Assembly (NCBI GenBank): GCA_964016885.1
Contig: OZ024742.1
Span: 96,534,001 to 96,598,000 of the forward strand
Origin: Eledone cirrhosa
Taxonomy: Eukaryota
Direction of reading: 5' to 3'
DNA length: 64,000 bases
The position numbers were made by a program, and so were the translations under genes. The notes under the pieces were generated by a model that saw only the letters and a program-made list of their open reading frames with translations, was not told the origin of the DNA and did not search any database. Below are positions 18,001 through 36,000 of this stretch, one piece after another. Numbering within the stretch: the first letter of the stretch is position 1; each line of letters opens with the position of its first letter.

Positions 18001-21000
18001 AACATCACCACCAACTACTGTGACACTACCAACACCATCACCACCAACTACTGTGACACTACCAACAACATCACCACCAACTACTGTGACACTACCAACA
18101 ACATCACCACCAACTACTGTGACAGTACCAACAACATCACCACCAACTACTGTGACAGTACCAACAACATCACCACCAACTACTGTGACAGTACCAACAA
18201 CATCACCACCAACTACTGTGACACTACCAACAACATCACCACCAACTACTGTGACACTACCAACAACATCACCACCAACTACTGTGACAGTACCAACAAC
18301 ATCACCACCAACTACTGTGACACTACCAACAACATCACCACCAACTACTGTGACAGTACCAACACCATCACCACCAACTACTGTGACACTACCAACAACA
18401 TCACCACCAACTGCTATGACAGTACCAACAACATCACCACCAACTACTATGACACTACCAACACCATCACCACCAACTACTGTGACACTACCAACAACAT
18501 CACCACCAACTACTGTGACACTACCAACAACATCACCACCAACTACTGTGACACTACCAACAACATCACCACCAACTATTGTGAGACTACTAACAACATC
18601 ACCACCAACTACTGTGACACTACCAACAACATCACCACCAACTACTATGACACTACCAACAACATCACCAGCAACTACTATGACACTACCAACAACATCA
18701 CCACCAACTACTATGACACTACCAACAACATTACTACCAACTACTGTGACAGTACCAACAACATCACCACCAACTACTGTGACACTACCAACAACATCAC
18801 CACCAACTACTATGACACTACCAACACCATCACCACCAACTACTGTGACACTACCAACAACATCACCACCAACTACTGTGACACTACCAACAACATCACC
18901 ACCAACTACTGTGAGACTACCAACAACATCACCACCAACTACTATGACACTACCAACAACATCACCACCAACTACTGTGACACTACCAACAACATCACCA
19001 CCAACTACTGTGACAGTACCAACAACATCACCACCAACTACTATGACACTACCAACAACATCACCACCAACTACTATGACACTACCAACACCATCAACAC
19101 TAACTACTGTGACACTACCAACATCATCACCACCAACTACTGTGACACTACCAACAACATCACCACCAACTACTATGACACTACCAACAACATCACCACC
19201 AACTACTGTGACAGTACCAACAACATCACCACCAACTACTGTGACACTACCAACAACATCACCACCAACTACTATGACACTACCAACACCATCACCACCA
19301 ACTACTGTGACACTACCAACAACATCACCACCAACTACTGTGACACTACCAACAACATCACCACCAACTACTGTGAGACTACCAACAACATCACCACCAA
19401 CTACTGTGACACTACCAACAACATCACCACCAACTACTGTGACACTACCAACAACATCACCACCAACTACTGTGACAGTACCAACAACACCACCACCAAC
19501 TACTATGACACTACCAACAACATCACCACCAACTACTGTGACACTACCAACAACATCACCACCAACTACTGCGACACTACCAACAACATCACCACCAACT
19601 ACTGCGACACTACCAACACCATCACCACCAACTACTATGACACTACCAACAACATTACCACCAACTACTGTGACAGTACCAACAACATCACCACCAACTA
19701 CTGTGACAGTACCAACAACATCACCACCAACTACTGTGAGACTACCAACAACATCACCACCAACTACTGCGACACTACCAACACCATCACCACCAACTAC
19801 TGTGACACTACCAACAACATCACCACCAACTACTGTGACACTACCAACAACATCACCACCAACTACTGTGAGACTACCAACAACATCACCACCATCTACT
19901 ATGACACTACCAACAACATCACCACCAACTACTGTGACACTACCAACAACATCACCACCAACTACTGTGACAGTACCAACAACATCACCACCAACTACTA
20001 TGACACTACCAACAACATCACCACCAACTACTATGACACTACCAACACCATCAACACTAACTACTGTGACACTACCAACATCATCACCACCAACTACTGT
20101 GACACTACCAACAACATCACCACCAACTACTATGACACTACCAACATCATCACCACCAACTACTGTGACACTACCAACAACATCACCACCAACTACTATG
20201 ACACTACCAACAACATCACCACCAACTACTGTGACAGTACCAACAACATCACCACCAACTACTGTGACACTACCAACAACATCACCACCAACTACTATGA
20301 CACTACCAACACCATCGCCACCAACTACTGTGACACTACCAACACCATCACCACCAACTACTGTGACACTACCAACAACATCACCACCAACTACTGTGAC
20401 ACTACCAACAACATCACCACCATCTACTGTGACACTACCAACACCATCACCACCAACTACTGTGACAGTACCAACAACATCACCACCAACTACTGTGACA
20501 GTACCAACAACATCACCACCAACTACTATGACACTACCAACAACATCACCACCAACTACTATGACACTACCAACAACATCACCACCAACTGCTATGACAC
20601 TACCAACAACATCACCACCAACTACTGTGACAGTACCAACAACATCACCACCAACTACTGTGACAGTACCAACAACATCACCACCAACTACTATGACACT
20701 ACCAACAACATCACCACCAACTACTGTGACAGTACCAACAACATCACCACCAACTACTGTGACACTACCAACAACATCACCACCAACTACTATGACACTA
20801 CCAACACCATCACCACCAACTACTGTGACACTACCAACAACATCACCACCAACTACTGTGACAGTACCAACAACATCACCACCAACTACTGTGACAGTAC
20901 CAACAACATCACCACCAACTACTATGACACTACCAACAACATCACCACCAACTACTATGACACTACCAACAACATCACCACCAACTGCTATGACACTACC

Positions 21001-24000
21001 AACAACAACACCACCAACTACTGTGACAGTACCAACAACATCACCACCAACTACTGTGACAGTACCAACAACATCACCACCAACTACTATGACACTACCA
21101 ACAACATCACCACCAACTACTGTGACAGTACCAACAACATCACCACCAACTACTGTGACACTACCAACAACATCACCACCAACTACTATGACACTACCAA
21201 CAACATCACCACCAACTACTGTGACACTACCAACAACATCACCACCAACTACTGTGACAGTACCAACAACATCACCACCAACTACTATGACAGTACCAAC
21301 ATCACCACCAACTACTGTGACACTACCAACAACATCACCACCAACTACTGTGACACTACCAACAACATCACCACCAACTACTGTGACAGTACCAACAACA
21401 TCACCACCAACTACTGTGACAGTACCAACAACATCACCACCAACTACTATGACACTACCAACAACATCACCACCAACTACTGTGACAGTACCAACAACAT
21501 CACCACCAACTACTGTGACACTACCAACAACATCACCACCAACTACTATGACACTACCAACAACACCACCACCAACTACTGTGACAGTACCAACAACATC
21601 ACCACCAACTACTGTGACACTACCAACAACATCACCATCAACTACTATGACAGTACCAACATCACCACCAACTACTGTGACACTACCAACAACATCACCA
21701 CCAACTACTGTGACACTACCAACAACATCACCACCAACTACTGTGACAGTACCAACAACATCACCACCAACTACTGTGACAGTACCAACAACATCACCAC
21801 CAACTACTGTGACACTACCAACAACATCACCACCAACTACTGTGACACTACCAACAACATCACCACCAACTACTGTGACAGTACCAACAACATCACCACC
21901 AACTACTGTGACAGTACCAACAACATCACCACCAACTACTGTGACACTACCAACAACATCACCACCAACTACTGTGACACTACCAACAACATCACCACCA
22001 ACTACTGTGACAGTACCAACAACATCACCACCAACTACTGTGACAGTACCAACAACATCACCACCAACTACTGTGACAGTACCAACAACATCACCACCAA
22101 CTACTGTGACACTACCAACAACATCACCACCAACTACTGTGACAGTACCAACAACATCACCACCAACTACTGTGACACTACCAACAACATCACCACCAAC
22201 TACTGTGACACTACCAACAACATCACCACCAACTACTGTGACAGTACCAACAACATCACCACCAACTACTGTGACACTACCAACAACACCAACTCAACTA
22301 CTGTGACACTACCAACAACACCACCACCAACTACTGTGACACTACCAACAACACCACCACCAACTACTGTGACACTACCAACAACATCACCACCAACTAC
22401 TGTGACACTACCAACAACATCACCACCAACTACTGTGACACTACCAACAACATCACCACCAACTACTATGACACTACCAACAACACCACCACCAACTACT
22501 GTGACAGTACCAACAACATCACCACCAACTACTATGACAGTACCAACAACATCACCACCAAATACTATGACACTACCAACACCATCACCACCAACTACTA
22601 TGACAGTACCAACAACATCACCACCAACTACTGTGACACTACCAACAACATCACCACCAACTACTGTGACACTACCAACACCATCACCACCAACTACTAT
22701 GACAGTACCAACAACATCACCACCAACTACTGTGACACTACCAACAACATCACCACCAACTACTGTGACACTACCAACACCATCACCACCAACTACTATG
22801 ACAGTACCAACAACATCACCACCAACTACTGTGACACTACCAACAACATCACCACCAACTACTGTGACACTACAAACAACATCACCACCAACTACTGTGA
22901 CACTACCAACAACATCACCACCAACTACTGTGACACTACCAACAACATCACCACCAACTACTGTGACACTACCAACAACATCACCACCAACTACTGTGAC
23001 ACTACCAACAACATCACCACCAACTACTATGACACTACCAACAACATCACCACCAACTACTGTGACACTACCAACACCATCACCACTAACTACTGTGACA
23101 CTACCAACACCATCACCACCAACTACTGTGACACTACCAACAACATCACCACCAACTACTGTGACACTACCAACAACATCACAACCAACTACTGTGACAG
23201 TACCAACAACATCACCACCAACTACTGTGACACTACCAACAACATCACCACCAACTACTATGACACTACCAACACCATCACCACCAACTACTGTGACACT
23301 ACCAACAACATCACCACCAACTACTGTGACAGTACCAACAACATCACCACCAACTACTGTGACACTACCAACAACATCACCACCAACTACTATGACACTA
23401 CCAACAACACCACCACCAACTACTGTGACAGTACCAGCAACATCACCACCAACTACTGTGACACTACCAACAACATCACCACCAACTACTGTGACACTAC
23501 CAACAACATCACCACCAACTACTGTGACACTACCAACAACATCACCACCAACTACTGTGACAGTACCAACAACATCACCACCAACTACTATGACACTACC
23601 AACAACACCACCACCAACTACTGTGACAGTACCAACAACATCACCACCGACTACTATGACACTACCAACACCATCACCACCAACTACTGTAACACTACCA
23701 ACAACATCACCACCAACTACTGTGACAGTACCAACAACATCACCACCAACTACTATGACACTACCAACAACATCACCACCAACTACTGTGACAGTACCAA
23801 CAACATCACCACCAACTACTGTGACACTACCAACAACATCACCACCAACTACTATGACACTACCAACAACATCACCACCAACTACTGTGACAGTACCAAC
23901 AACATCACCACCAACTACTGTGACAGTACCAACAACATCACCACCAACTACTGTGACACTACCAACAACATCACCACCAACTGCTATGACACTACCAACA

Positions 24001-27000
24001 ACATCACCACCAACTACTGTGACAGTACCAACAACATCACCATCAACTACTATGACAGTACCAACATCACCACCAACTACTGTGACACTACCAACAACAT
24101 CACCACCAACTACTGTGACACTACCAACAACATCACCACCAACTACTGTGACAGTACCAACAACATCACCACCAGCTACTGTGACAGTACCAACAACATC
24201 ACCACCAACTACTGTGACACTACCAACAACATCACCACCAACTACTGTGACACTACCAACAACATCACCACCAACTACTGTGACAGTACCAACAACATCA
24301 CCACCAACTACTGTGACAGTACCAACAACATCACCACCAACTACTGTGACACTACCAACAACATCACCACCAACTACTGTGACACTACCAACAACATCAC
24401 CACCAACTACTGTGACAGTACCAACAACATCACCACCAACTACTGTGACAGTACCAACAACATCACCACCAACTACTGTGACAGTACCAACAACATCACC
24501 ACCAACTACTGTGACACTACCAACAACATCACCACCAACTACTGTGACAGTACCAACAACATCACCACCAACTACTGTGACACTACCAACAACATCACCA
24601 CCAACTACTGTGACACTACCAACAACATCACCACCAACTACTGTGACAGTACCAACAACATCACCACCAACTACTGTGACACTACCAACAACACCACCCC
24701 CAACTACTGTGACACTACCAACAACACCACCACCAACTACTGTGACACTACCAACCAGACCACCACCAACTACTGTGACACTACCAACAACATCACCACC
24801 AACTACTGTGACACTACCAACAACATCACCACCAACTACTGTGACACTACCAACAACATCACCACCAACTACTATGACACTACCAACAACACCACCACCA
24901 ACTACTGTGACAGTACCAACAACATCACCACCAACTACTATGACAGTACCAACAACATCACCACCAAATACTATGACACTACCAACACCATCACCACCAA
25001 CTACTATGACAGTACCAACAACATCACCACCAACTACTGTGACACTACCAACAACATCACCACCAACTACTGTGACACTACCAACACCATCACCACCAAC
25101 TACTATGACAGTACCAACAACATCACCACCAACTACTGTGACACTACCAACAACATCACCACCAACTACTGTGACACTACCAACACCATCACCACCAACT
25201 ACTATGACAGTACCAACAACATCACCACCAACTACTGTGACACTACCAACAACATCACCACCAACTACTGTGACACTACAAACAACATCACCACCAACTA
25301 CTGTGACACTACCAACAACATCACCACCAACTACTGTGACACTACCAACAACATCACCACCAACTACTGTGACACTACCAACAACATCACCACCAACTAC
25401 TGTGACACTACCAACAACATCACCACCAACTACTATGACACTACCAACAACATCACCACCAACTACTGTGACACTACCAACACCATCACCACTAACTACT
25501 GTGACACTACCAACACCATCACCACCAACTACTGTGACACTACCAACAACATCACCACCAACTACTGTGACACTACCAACAACATCACAACCAACTACTG
25601 TGACAGTACCAACAACATCACCACCAACTACTGTGACACTACTAACAACATCACCACCAACTACTATGACACTACCAACACCATCACCACCAACTACTGT
25701 GACACTACCAACAACATCACCACCAACTACTGTGACAGTACCAACAACATCACCACCAACTACTGTGACACTACCAACAACATCACCACCAACTACTATG
25801 ACACTACCAACAACACCACCACCAACTACTGTGACAGTACCAGCAACATCACCACCAACTACTGTGACACTACCAACAACATCACCACCAACTACTGTGA
25901 CACTACCAACAACATCACCACCAACTACTGTGACACTACCAACAACATCACCACCAACTACTGTGACAGTACCAACAACATCACCACCAACTACTATGAC
26001 ACTACCAACAACACCACCACCAACTACTGTGACAGTACCAACAACATCACCACCAACTACTATGACACTACCAACAACATCACCACCAACTACTGTAACA
26101 CTACCAACAACATCACCACCAACTACTGTGACAGTACCAACAACATCACCACCAACTACTATGACACTACCAACAACATCACCACCAACTACTGTGACAG
26201 TACCAACAACATCACCACCAACTACTGTGACACTACCAACAACATCACCACCAACTACTATGACACTACCAACAACATCACCACCAACTACTGTGACAGT
26301 ACCAACAACATCACCACCAACTACTGTGACAGTACCAACAACATCACCACCAACTACTGTGACACTACCAACAACATCACCACCAACTACTGCGACACTA
26401 CCAACAACATCACCACCAACTACTGTGACACTACCAACAACATCACCACCAACTACTGTGACACTACCAACAACATCACCACCAACTACTGTGAGACTAC
26501 CAACAACATCACCACCATCTACTATGACACTACCAACAACATCACCACCAACTACTGTGACACTACCAACAACATCACCACCAACTACTGTGACAGTACC
26601 AACAACATCACCACCAACTACTATGACACTACCAACAACATCACCACCAACTACTATGACACTACCAACACCATCAACACTAACTACTGTGACACTACCA
26701 ACATCATCACCACCAACTACTGTGACACTACCAACAACATCACCACCAACTACTATGACACTACCAACATCATCACCACCAACTACTGTGACACTACCAA
26801 CAACATCACCACCAACTCCTATGACACTACCAACAACATCACCACCAACTACTGTGACAGTACCAACAACATCACCACCAACTACTGTGACACTACCAAC
26901 AACATCACCACCAACTACTATGACACTACCAACACCATCGCCACCAACTACTGTGACACTACCAACACCATCACCACCAACTACTGTGACACTACCAACA

Positions 27001-30000
27001 ACATCACCACCAACTACTGTGACACTACCAACAACATCACCACCATCTACTGTGACACTACCAACACCATCACCACCAACTACTGTGACAGTACCAACAA
27101 CATCACCACCAACTACTGTGACAGTACCAACAACATCACCACCAACTACTATGACACTACCAACAACATCACCACCAACTACTATGACACTACCAACAAC
27201 ATCACCACCAACTGCTATGACACTACCAACAACATCACCACCAACTACTGTGACAGTACCAACAACATCACCACCAACTACTGTGACAGTACCAACAACA
27301 TCACCACCAACTACTATGACACTACCAACAACATCACCACCAACTACTGTGACAGTACCAACAACATCACCACCAACTACTGTGACACTACCAACAACAT
27401 CACCACCAACTACTATGACACTACCAACACCATCACCACCAACTACTGTGACACTACCAACAACATCACCACCAACTACTGTGACAGTACCAACAACATC
27501 ACCACCAACTACTGTGACAGTACCAACAACATCACCACCAACTACTATGACACTACCAACAACATCACCACCAACTACTATGACACTACCAACAACATCA
27601 CCACCAACTGCTATGACACTACCAACAACATCACCACCAACTACTGTGACAGTACCAACAACATCACCACCAACTACTGTGACAGTACCAACAACATCAC
27701 CACCAACTACTATGACACTACCAACAACATCACCACCAACTACTGTGACAGTACCAACAACATCACCACCAACTACTGTGACACTACCAACAACATCACC
27801 ACCAACTACTATGACACTACCAACAACATCACCACCAACTACTGTGACACTACCAACAACATCACCACCAACTACTGTGACAGTACCAACAACATCACCA
27901 CCAACTACTATGACAGTACCAACATCACCACCAACTACTGTGACACTACCAACAACATCACCACCAACTACTGTGACACTACCAACAACATCACCACCAA
28001 CTACTGTGACAGTACCAACAACATCACCACCAACTACTGTGACAGTACCAACAACATCACCACCAACTACTATGACACTACCAACAACATCACCACCAAC
28101 TACTGTGACAGTACCAACAACATCACCACCAACTACTGTGACACTACCAACAACATCACCACCAACTACTATGACACTACCAACAACACCACCACCAACT
28201 ACTGTGACAGTACCAACAACATCACCAACAACTACTGTGACACTACCAACAACATCACCATCAACTACTATGACAGTACCAACATCACCACCAACTACTG
28301 TGACACTACCAACAACATCACCACCAACTACTGTGACACTACCAACAACATCACCACCAACTACTGTGACAGTACCAACAACATCACCACCAACTACTGT
28401 GACAGTACCAACAACATCACCACCAACTACTGTGACACTACCAACAACATCACCACCAACTACTGTGACACTACCAACAACATCACCACCAACTACTGTG
28501 ACAGTACCAACAACATCACCACCAACTACTGTGACAGTACCAACAACATCACCACCAACTACTGTGACACTACCAACAACATCACCACCAACTACTGTGA
28601 CACTACCAACAACATCACCACCAACTACTGTGACAGTACCAACAACATCACCACCAACTACTGTGACAGTACCAACAACATCACCACCAACTACTGTGAC
28701 AGTACCAACAACATCACCACCAACTACTGTGACACTACCAACAACATCACCACCAACTACTGTGACAGTACCAACAACATCACCACCAACTACTGTGACA
28801 CTACCAACAACATCACCACCAACTACTGTGACACTACCAACAACATCACCACCAACTACTGTGACAGTACCAACAACATCACCACCAACTACTGTGACAC
28901 TACCAACAACACCAACCCAACTACTGTGACACTACCAACAACACCACCACCAACTACTGTGACACTACCAACAACACCACCACCAACTACTGTGACACTA
29001 CCAACAACATCACCACCAACTACTGTGACACTACCAACAACATCACCACCAACTACTGTGACACTACCAACAACATCACCACCAACTACTATGACACTAC
29101 CAACAACACCACCACCAACTACTGTGACAGTACCAACAACATCACCACCAACTACTATGACAGTACCAACAACATCACCACCAAATACTATGACACTACC
29201 AACACCATCACCACCAACTACTATGACAGTACCAACAACATCACCACCAACTACTGTGACACTACCAACAACATCACCACCAACTACTGTGACACTACCA
29301 ACACCATCACCACCAACTACTATGACAGTACCAACAACATCACCACCAACTACTGTGACACTACCAACAACATCACCACCAACTACTGTGACACTACCAA
29401 CACCATCACCACCAACTACTATGACAGTACCAACAACATCACCACCAACTACTGTGACACTACCAACAACATCACCACCAACTACTGTGACACTACAAAC
29501 AACATCACCACCAACTACTGTGACACTACCAACAACATCACCACCAACTACTGTGACACTACCAACAACATCACCACCAACTACTGTGACACTACCAACA
29601 ACATCACCACCAACTACTGTGACACTACCAACAACATCACCACCAACTACTATGACACTACCAACAACATCACCACCAACTACTGTGACACTACCAACAC
29701 CATCACCACTAACTACTGTGACACTACCAACACCATCACCACCAACTACTGTGACACTACCAACAACATCACCACCAACTACTGTGACACTACCAACAAC
29801 ATCACAACCAACTACTGTGACAGTACCAACAACATCACCACCAACTACTGTGACACTACCAACAACATCACCACCAACTACTATGACACTACCAACACCA
29901 TCACCACCAACTACTGTGACACTACCAACAACATCACCACCAACTACTGTGACAGTACCAACAACATCACCACCAACTACTGTGACACTACCAACAACAT

Positions 30001-33000
30001 CACCACCAACTACTATGACACTACCAACAACACCACCACCAACTACTGTGACAGTACCAGCAACATCACCACCAACTACTGTGACACTACCAACAACATC
30101 ACCACCAACTACTGTGACACTACCAACAACATCACCACCAACTACTGTGACACTACCAACAACATCACCACCAACTACTGTGACACTACCAACAACATCA
30201 CCACCAACTACTATGACACTACCAACAACACCACCACCAACTACTGTGACAGTACCAACAACATCACCACCGACTACTATGACACTACCAACAACATCAC
30301 CACCAACTACTGTAACACTACCAACAACATCACCACCAACTACTGTGACAGTACCAACAACATCACCACCAACTACTATGACACTACCAACAACATCACC
30401 ACCAACTACTGTGACAGTACCAACAACATCACCACCAACTACTGTGACACTACCAACAACATCACCACCAACTACTATGACACTACCAACAACATCACCA
30501 CCAACTACTGTGACAGTACCAACAACATCACCACCAACTACTGTGACAGTACCAACAACATCACCACCAACTACTGTGACACTACCAACAACATCACCAC
30601 CAACTGCTATGACACTACCAACAACATCACCACCAACTACTGTGACAGTACCAACAACATCACCATCAACTACTATGACAGTACCAACATCACCACCAAC
30701 TACTGTGACACTACCAACAACATCACCACCAACTACTGTGACACTACCAACAACATCACCACCAACTACTGTGACAGTACCAACAACATCACCACCAGCT
30801 ACTGTGACAGTACCAACAACATCACCACCAACTACTGTGACACTACCAACAACATCACCACCAACTACTGTGACACTACCAACAACATCACCACCAACTA
30901 CTGTGACAGTACCAACAACATCACCACCAACTACTGTGACAGTACCAACAACATCACCACCAACTACTGTGACACTACCAACAACATCACCACCAACTAC
31001 TGTGACACTACCAACAACATCACCACCAACTACTGTGACAGTACCAACAACATCACCACCAACTACTGTGACAGTACCAACAACATCACCACCAACTACT
31101 GTGACAGTACCAACAACATCACCACCAACTACTGTGACACTACCAACAACATCACCACCAACTACTGTGACAGTACCAACAACATCACCACCAACTACTG
31201 TGACACTACCAACAACATCACCACCAACTACTGTGACACTACCAACAACATCACCACCAACTACTGTGACAGTACCAACAACATCACCACCAACTACTGT
31301 GACACTACCAACAACACCACCCCCAACTACTGTGACACTACCAACAACACCACCACCAACTACTGTGACACTACCAACCAGACCACCACCAACTACTGTG
31401 ACACTACCAACAACATCACCACCAACTACTGTGACACTACCAACAACATCACCACCAACTACTGTGACACTACCAACAACATCACCACCAACTACTATGA
31501 CACTACCAACAACACCACCACCAACTACTGTGACAGTACCAACAACATCACCACCAACTACTATGACAGTACCAACAACATCACCACCAAATACTATGAC
31601 ACTACCAACACCATCACCACCAACTACTATGACAGTACCAACAACATCACCACCAACTACTGTGACACTACCAACAACATCACCACCAACTACTGTGACA
31701 CTACCAACACCATCACCACCAACTACTATGACAGTACCAACAACATCACCACCAACTACTGTGACACTACCAACAACATCACCACCAACTACTGTGACAC
31801 TACCAACACCATCACCACCAACTACTATGACAGTACCAACAACATCACCACCAACTACTGTGACACTACCAACAACATCACCACCAACTACTGTGACACT
31901 ACAAACAACATCACCACCAACTACTGTGACACTACCAACAACATCACCACCAACTACTGTGACACTACCAACAACATCACCACCAACTACTGTGACACTA
32001 CCAACAACATCACCACCAACTACTGTGACACTACCAACAACATCACCACCAACTACTATGACACTACCAACAACATCACCACCAACTACTGTGACACTAC
32101 CAACACCATCACCACTAACTACTGTGACACTACCAACACCATCACCACCAACTACTGTGACACTACCAACAACATCACCACCAACTACTGTGACACTACC
32201 AACAACATCACAACCAACTACTGTGACAGTACCAACAACATCACCACCAACTACTGTGACACTACTAACAACATCACCACCAACTACTATGACACTACCA
32301 ACACCATCACCACCAACTACTGTGACACTACCAACAACATCACCACCAACTACTGTGACAGTACCAACAACATCACCACCAACTACTGTGACACTACCAA
32401 CAACATCACCACCAACTACTATGACACTACCAACAACACCACCACCAACTACTGTGACAGTACCAGCAACATCACCACCAACTACTGTGACACTACCAAC
32501 AACATCACCACCAACTACTGTGACACTACCAACACCATCACCACCAACTACTGTGACACTACCAACAACATCACCACCAACTACTGTGACAGTACCAACA
32601 ACATCACCACCAACTACTATGACACTACCAACAACACCACCACCAACTACTGTGACAGTACCAACAACATCACCACCAACTACTATGACACTACCAACAA
32701 CATCACCACCAACTACTGTAACACTACCAACAACATCACCACCAACTACTGTGACAGTACCAACAACATCACCACCAACTACTATGACACTACCAACAAC
32801 ATCACCACCAACTACTGTGACAGTACCAACAACATCACCACCAACTACTGTGACACTACCAACAACATCACCACCAACTACTATGACACTACCAACAACA
32901 TCACCACCAACTACTGTGACAGTACCAACAACATCACCACCAACTACTGTGACAGTACCAACAACATCACCACCAACTACTGTGACACTACCAACAACAT

Positions 33001-36000
33001 CACCACCAACTGCTATGACACTACCAACAACATCACCACCAACTACTGTGACAGTACCAACAACATCACCACCAACTACTGTGACACTACCAACAACATC
33101 ACCACCAACTGCTATGACACTACCAACAACATCACCACCAACTACTGTGACAGTACCAACAACATCACCACCAACTACTGTGACACTACCAACAACATCA
33201 CCACCAACTACTATGACACTACCAACAACATCACCACCAACTACTGTGACACTACCAACAACATCACCACCAACTACTGTGACACTACCAACAACATCAC
33301 CACCAACTACTGTGACAGTACCAACAACACCACCACCAACTACTGTGACACTACCAACAACATCACCACCAACTACTGTGACACTACCAACAACATCACC
33401 ACCAACTACTATGACACTACCAACAACACCACCACCAACTACTATGACACTACCAACAACATTACCACCAACTACTGTGACACTACCAACAACATCACCA
33501 CCAACTACTGTGACAGTACCAACAACATCACCACCAACTGCTATGACAGTACCAACAACATCACCACCAACTACTGTGACAGTACCAACAACACCACCAC
33601 CAACTACTGTGACAGTACCAACAACACCACCACCAACTACTGTGACACTACCAACAACATCACCACCAACTACTGTGACAGTACCAACAACATCACCACC
33701 AACTGCTATGACAGTACCAACAACATCACCACCAACTACTGTGACACTACCAACAACATCACCACCAACTACTATGACACTACCAACAACATCACCATCA
33801 ACTACTGTGACAGTACCAACAACATCACCACCAACTACTGTGAGACTACCAACAACATCACCACCAACTACTATGACACTACCAACACCATCACCACCAA
33901 CTACTGTGACACTACCAACAACATCACCACCAACTACTATGACACTACCAACAACATCACCACCAACTACTGTGACAGTACCAACAACACCACCACCAAC
34001 TACTGTGACACTACCAACAACATCACCACCAACTACTGTGACACTACCAACAACATCACCACCAACTACTTTGACACTACCAACAACATCACCACCAACT
34101 ACTGTGACACTACCAACAACATCACCACCAACTACTGTGACACTACCAACAACATCACCACCAACTACTGTGACACTACCAACAACATCACCACCAACTA
34201 CTATGACACTACCAACAACATCACCACCAAATACTGTGACACTACCAACAACATCACCACCAACTACTGTGACACTACCAACAACATCACCACCAACTAC
34301 TGTGACACTACCAACAACATCACCACCAACTACTATGACACTACCAACAACATCACCACCAACTACTGTGACACTACCAACAACACCACCACCTACTACT
34401 GTGACACTACCAACAACATCACCACCAACTACTATGACACTACCAACAACATCACCACCAACTACTGTGACACTACCAACAACATCACCACCAACTACTG
34501 TGACACTACCAACAACACCACCACCAACTACTGTGACACTACCAACAACATCACCACCAACTACTGTGACAGTACCAACAACATCACCACCAACTACTGT
34601 GACACTACCAACAACATCACCACCAACTACTGTAACACTACCAACAACATCACCACCAACTACTATGACACTACCAATAACATCACCACCAACTACTGTG
34701 ACACTACCAACAACATCACCACCAACTACTGTGACACTACCAACAATATCACCACCAACTACTCTGACAGTACCAACAATATCACCACCAACTACTGTGA
34801 CAGTACCAACAACACCACCACCAACTACTGTGACACTACCAACACCATCACCACCAACTACTGTGACACTACCAACAACATCACCACCAACTACTGTGAC
34901 ACTACCAACAACATCACAACCAACTACTGTGACAGTACCAACAACATCACCACCAACTACTGTGACACTACTAACAACATCACCACCAACTACTATGACA
35001 CTACCAACACCATCACCACCAACTACTGTGACACTACCAACAACATCACCACCAACTACTGTGACAGTACCAACAACATCACCACCAACTACTGTGACAC
35101 TACCAACAACATCACCACCAACTACTATGACACTACCAACAACACCACCACCAACTACTGTGACAGTACCAGCAACATCACCACCAACTACTGTGACACT
35201 ACCAACAACATCACCACCAACTACTGTGACACTACCAACAACATCACCACCAACTACTGTGACAGTACCAACAACATCACCACCAACTACTATGACACTA
35301 CCAACAACACCACCACCAACTACTGTGACAGTACCAACAACATCACCACCAACTACTATGACACTACCAACAACATCACCACCAACTACTGTAACACTAC
35401 CAACAACATCACCACCAACTACTGTGACAGTACCAACAACATCACCACCAACTACTATGACTCTACCAACAACATCACCACCAACTACTGTGACAGTACC
35501 AACAACATCACCACCAACTACTGTGACACTACCAACAACATCACCACCAACTACTATGACACTACCAACAACATCACCACCAACTACTGTGACAGTACCA
35601 ACAACATCACCACCAACTACTGTGACAGTACCAACAACATCACCACCAACTACTGTGACACTACCAACAACATCACCACCAACTGCTATGACACTACCAA
35701 CAACATCACCACCAACTACTGTGACAGTACCAACAACATCACCACCAACTACTGTGACACTACCAACAACATCACCACCAACTGCTATGACACTACCAAC
35801 AACATCACCACCAACTACTGTGACAGTACCAACAACATCACCACCAACTACTGTGACACTACCAACAACATCACCACCAACTACTATGACACTACCAACA
35901 ACATCACCACCAACTACTGTGACACTACCAACAACATCACCACCAACTACTGTGACACTACCAACAACATCACCACCAACTACTGTGACAGTACCAACAA

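Noticed and set aside
22303-28929. Three separate mucin genes as suggested by the ORF track
   Set aside because: The starts are internal GTG codons of the repeat that follow -1 shifts; the array is continuous.
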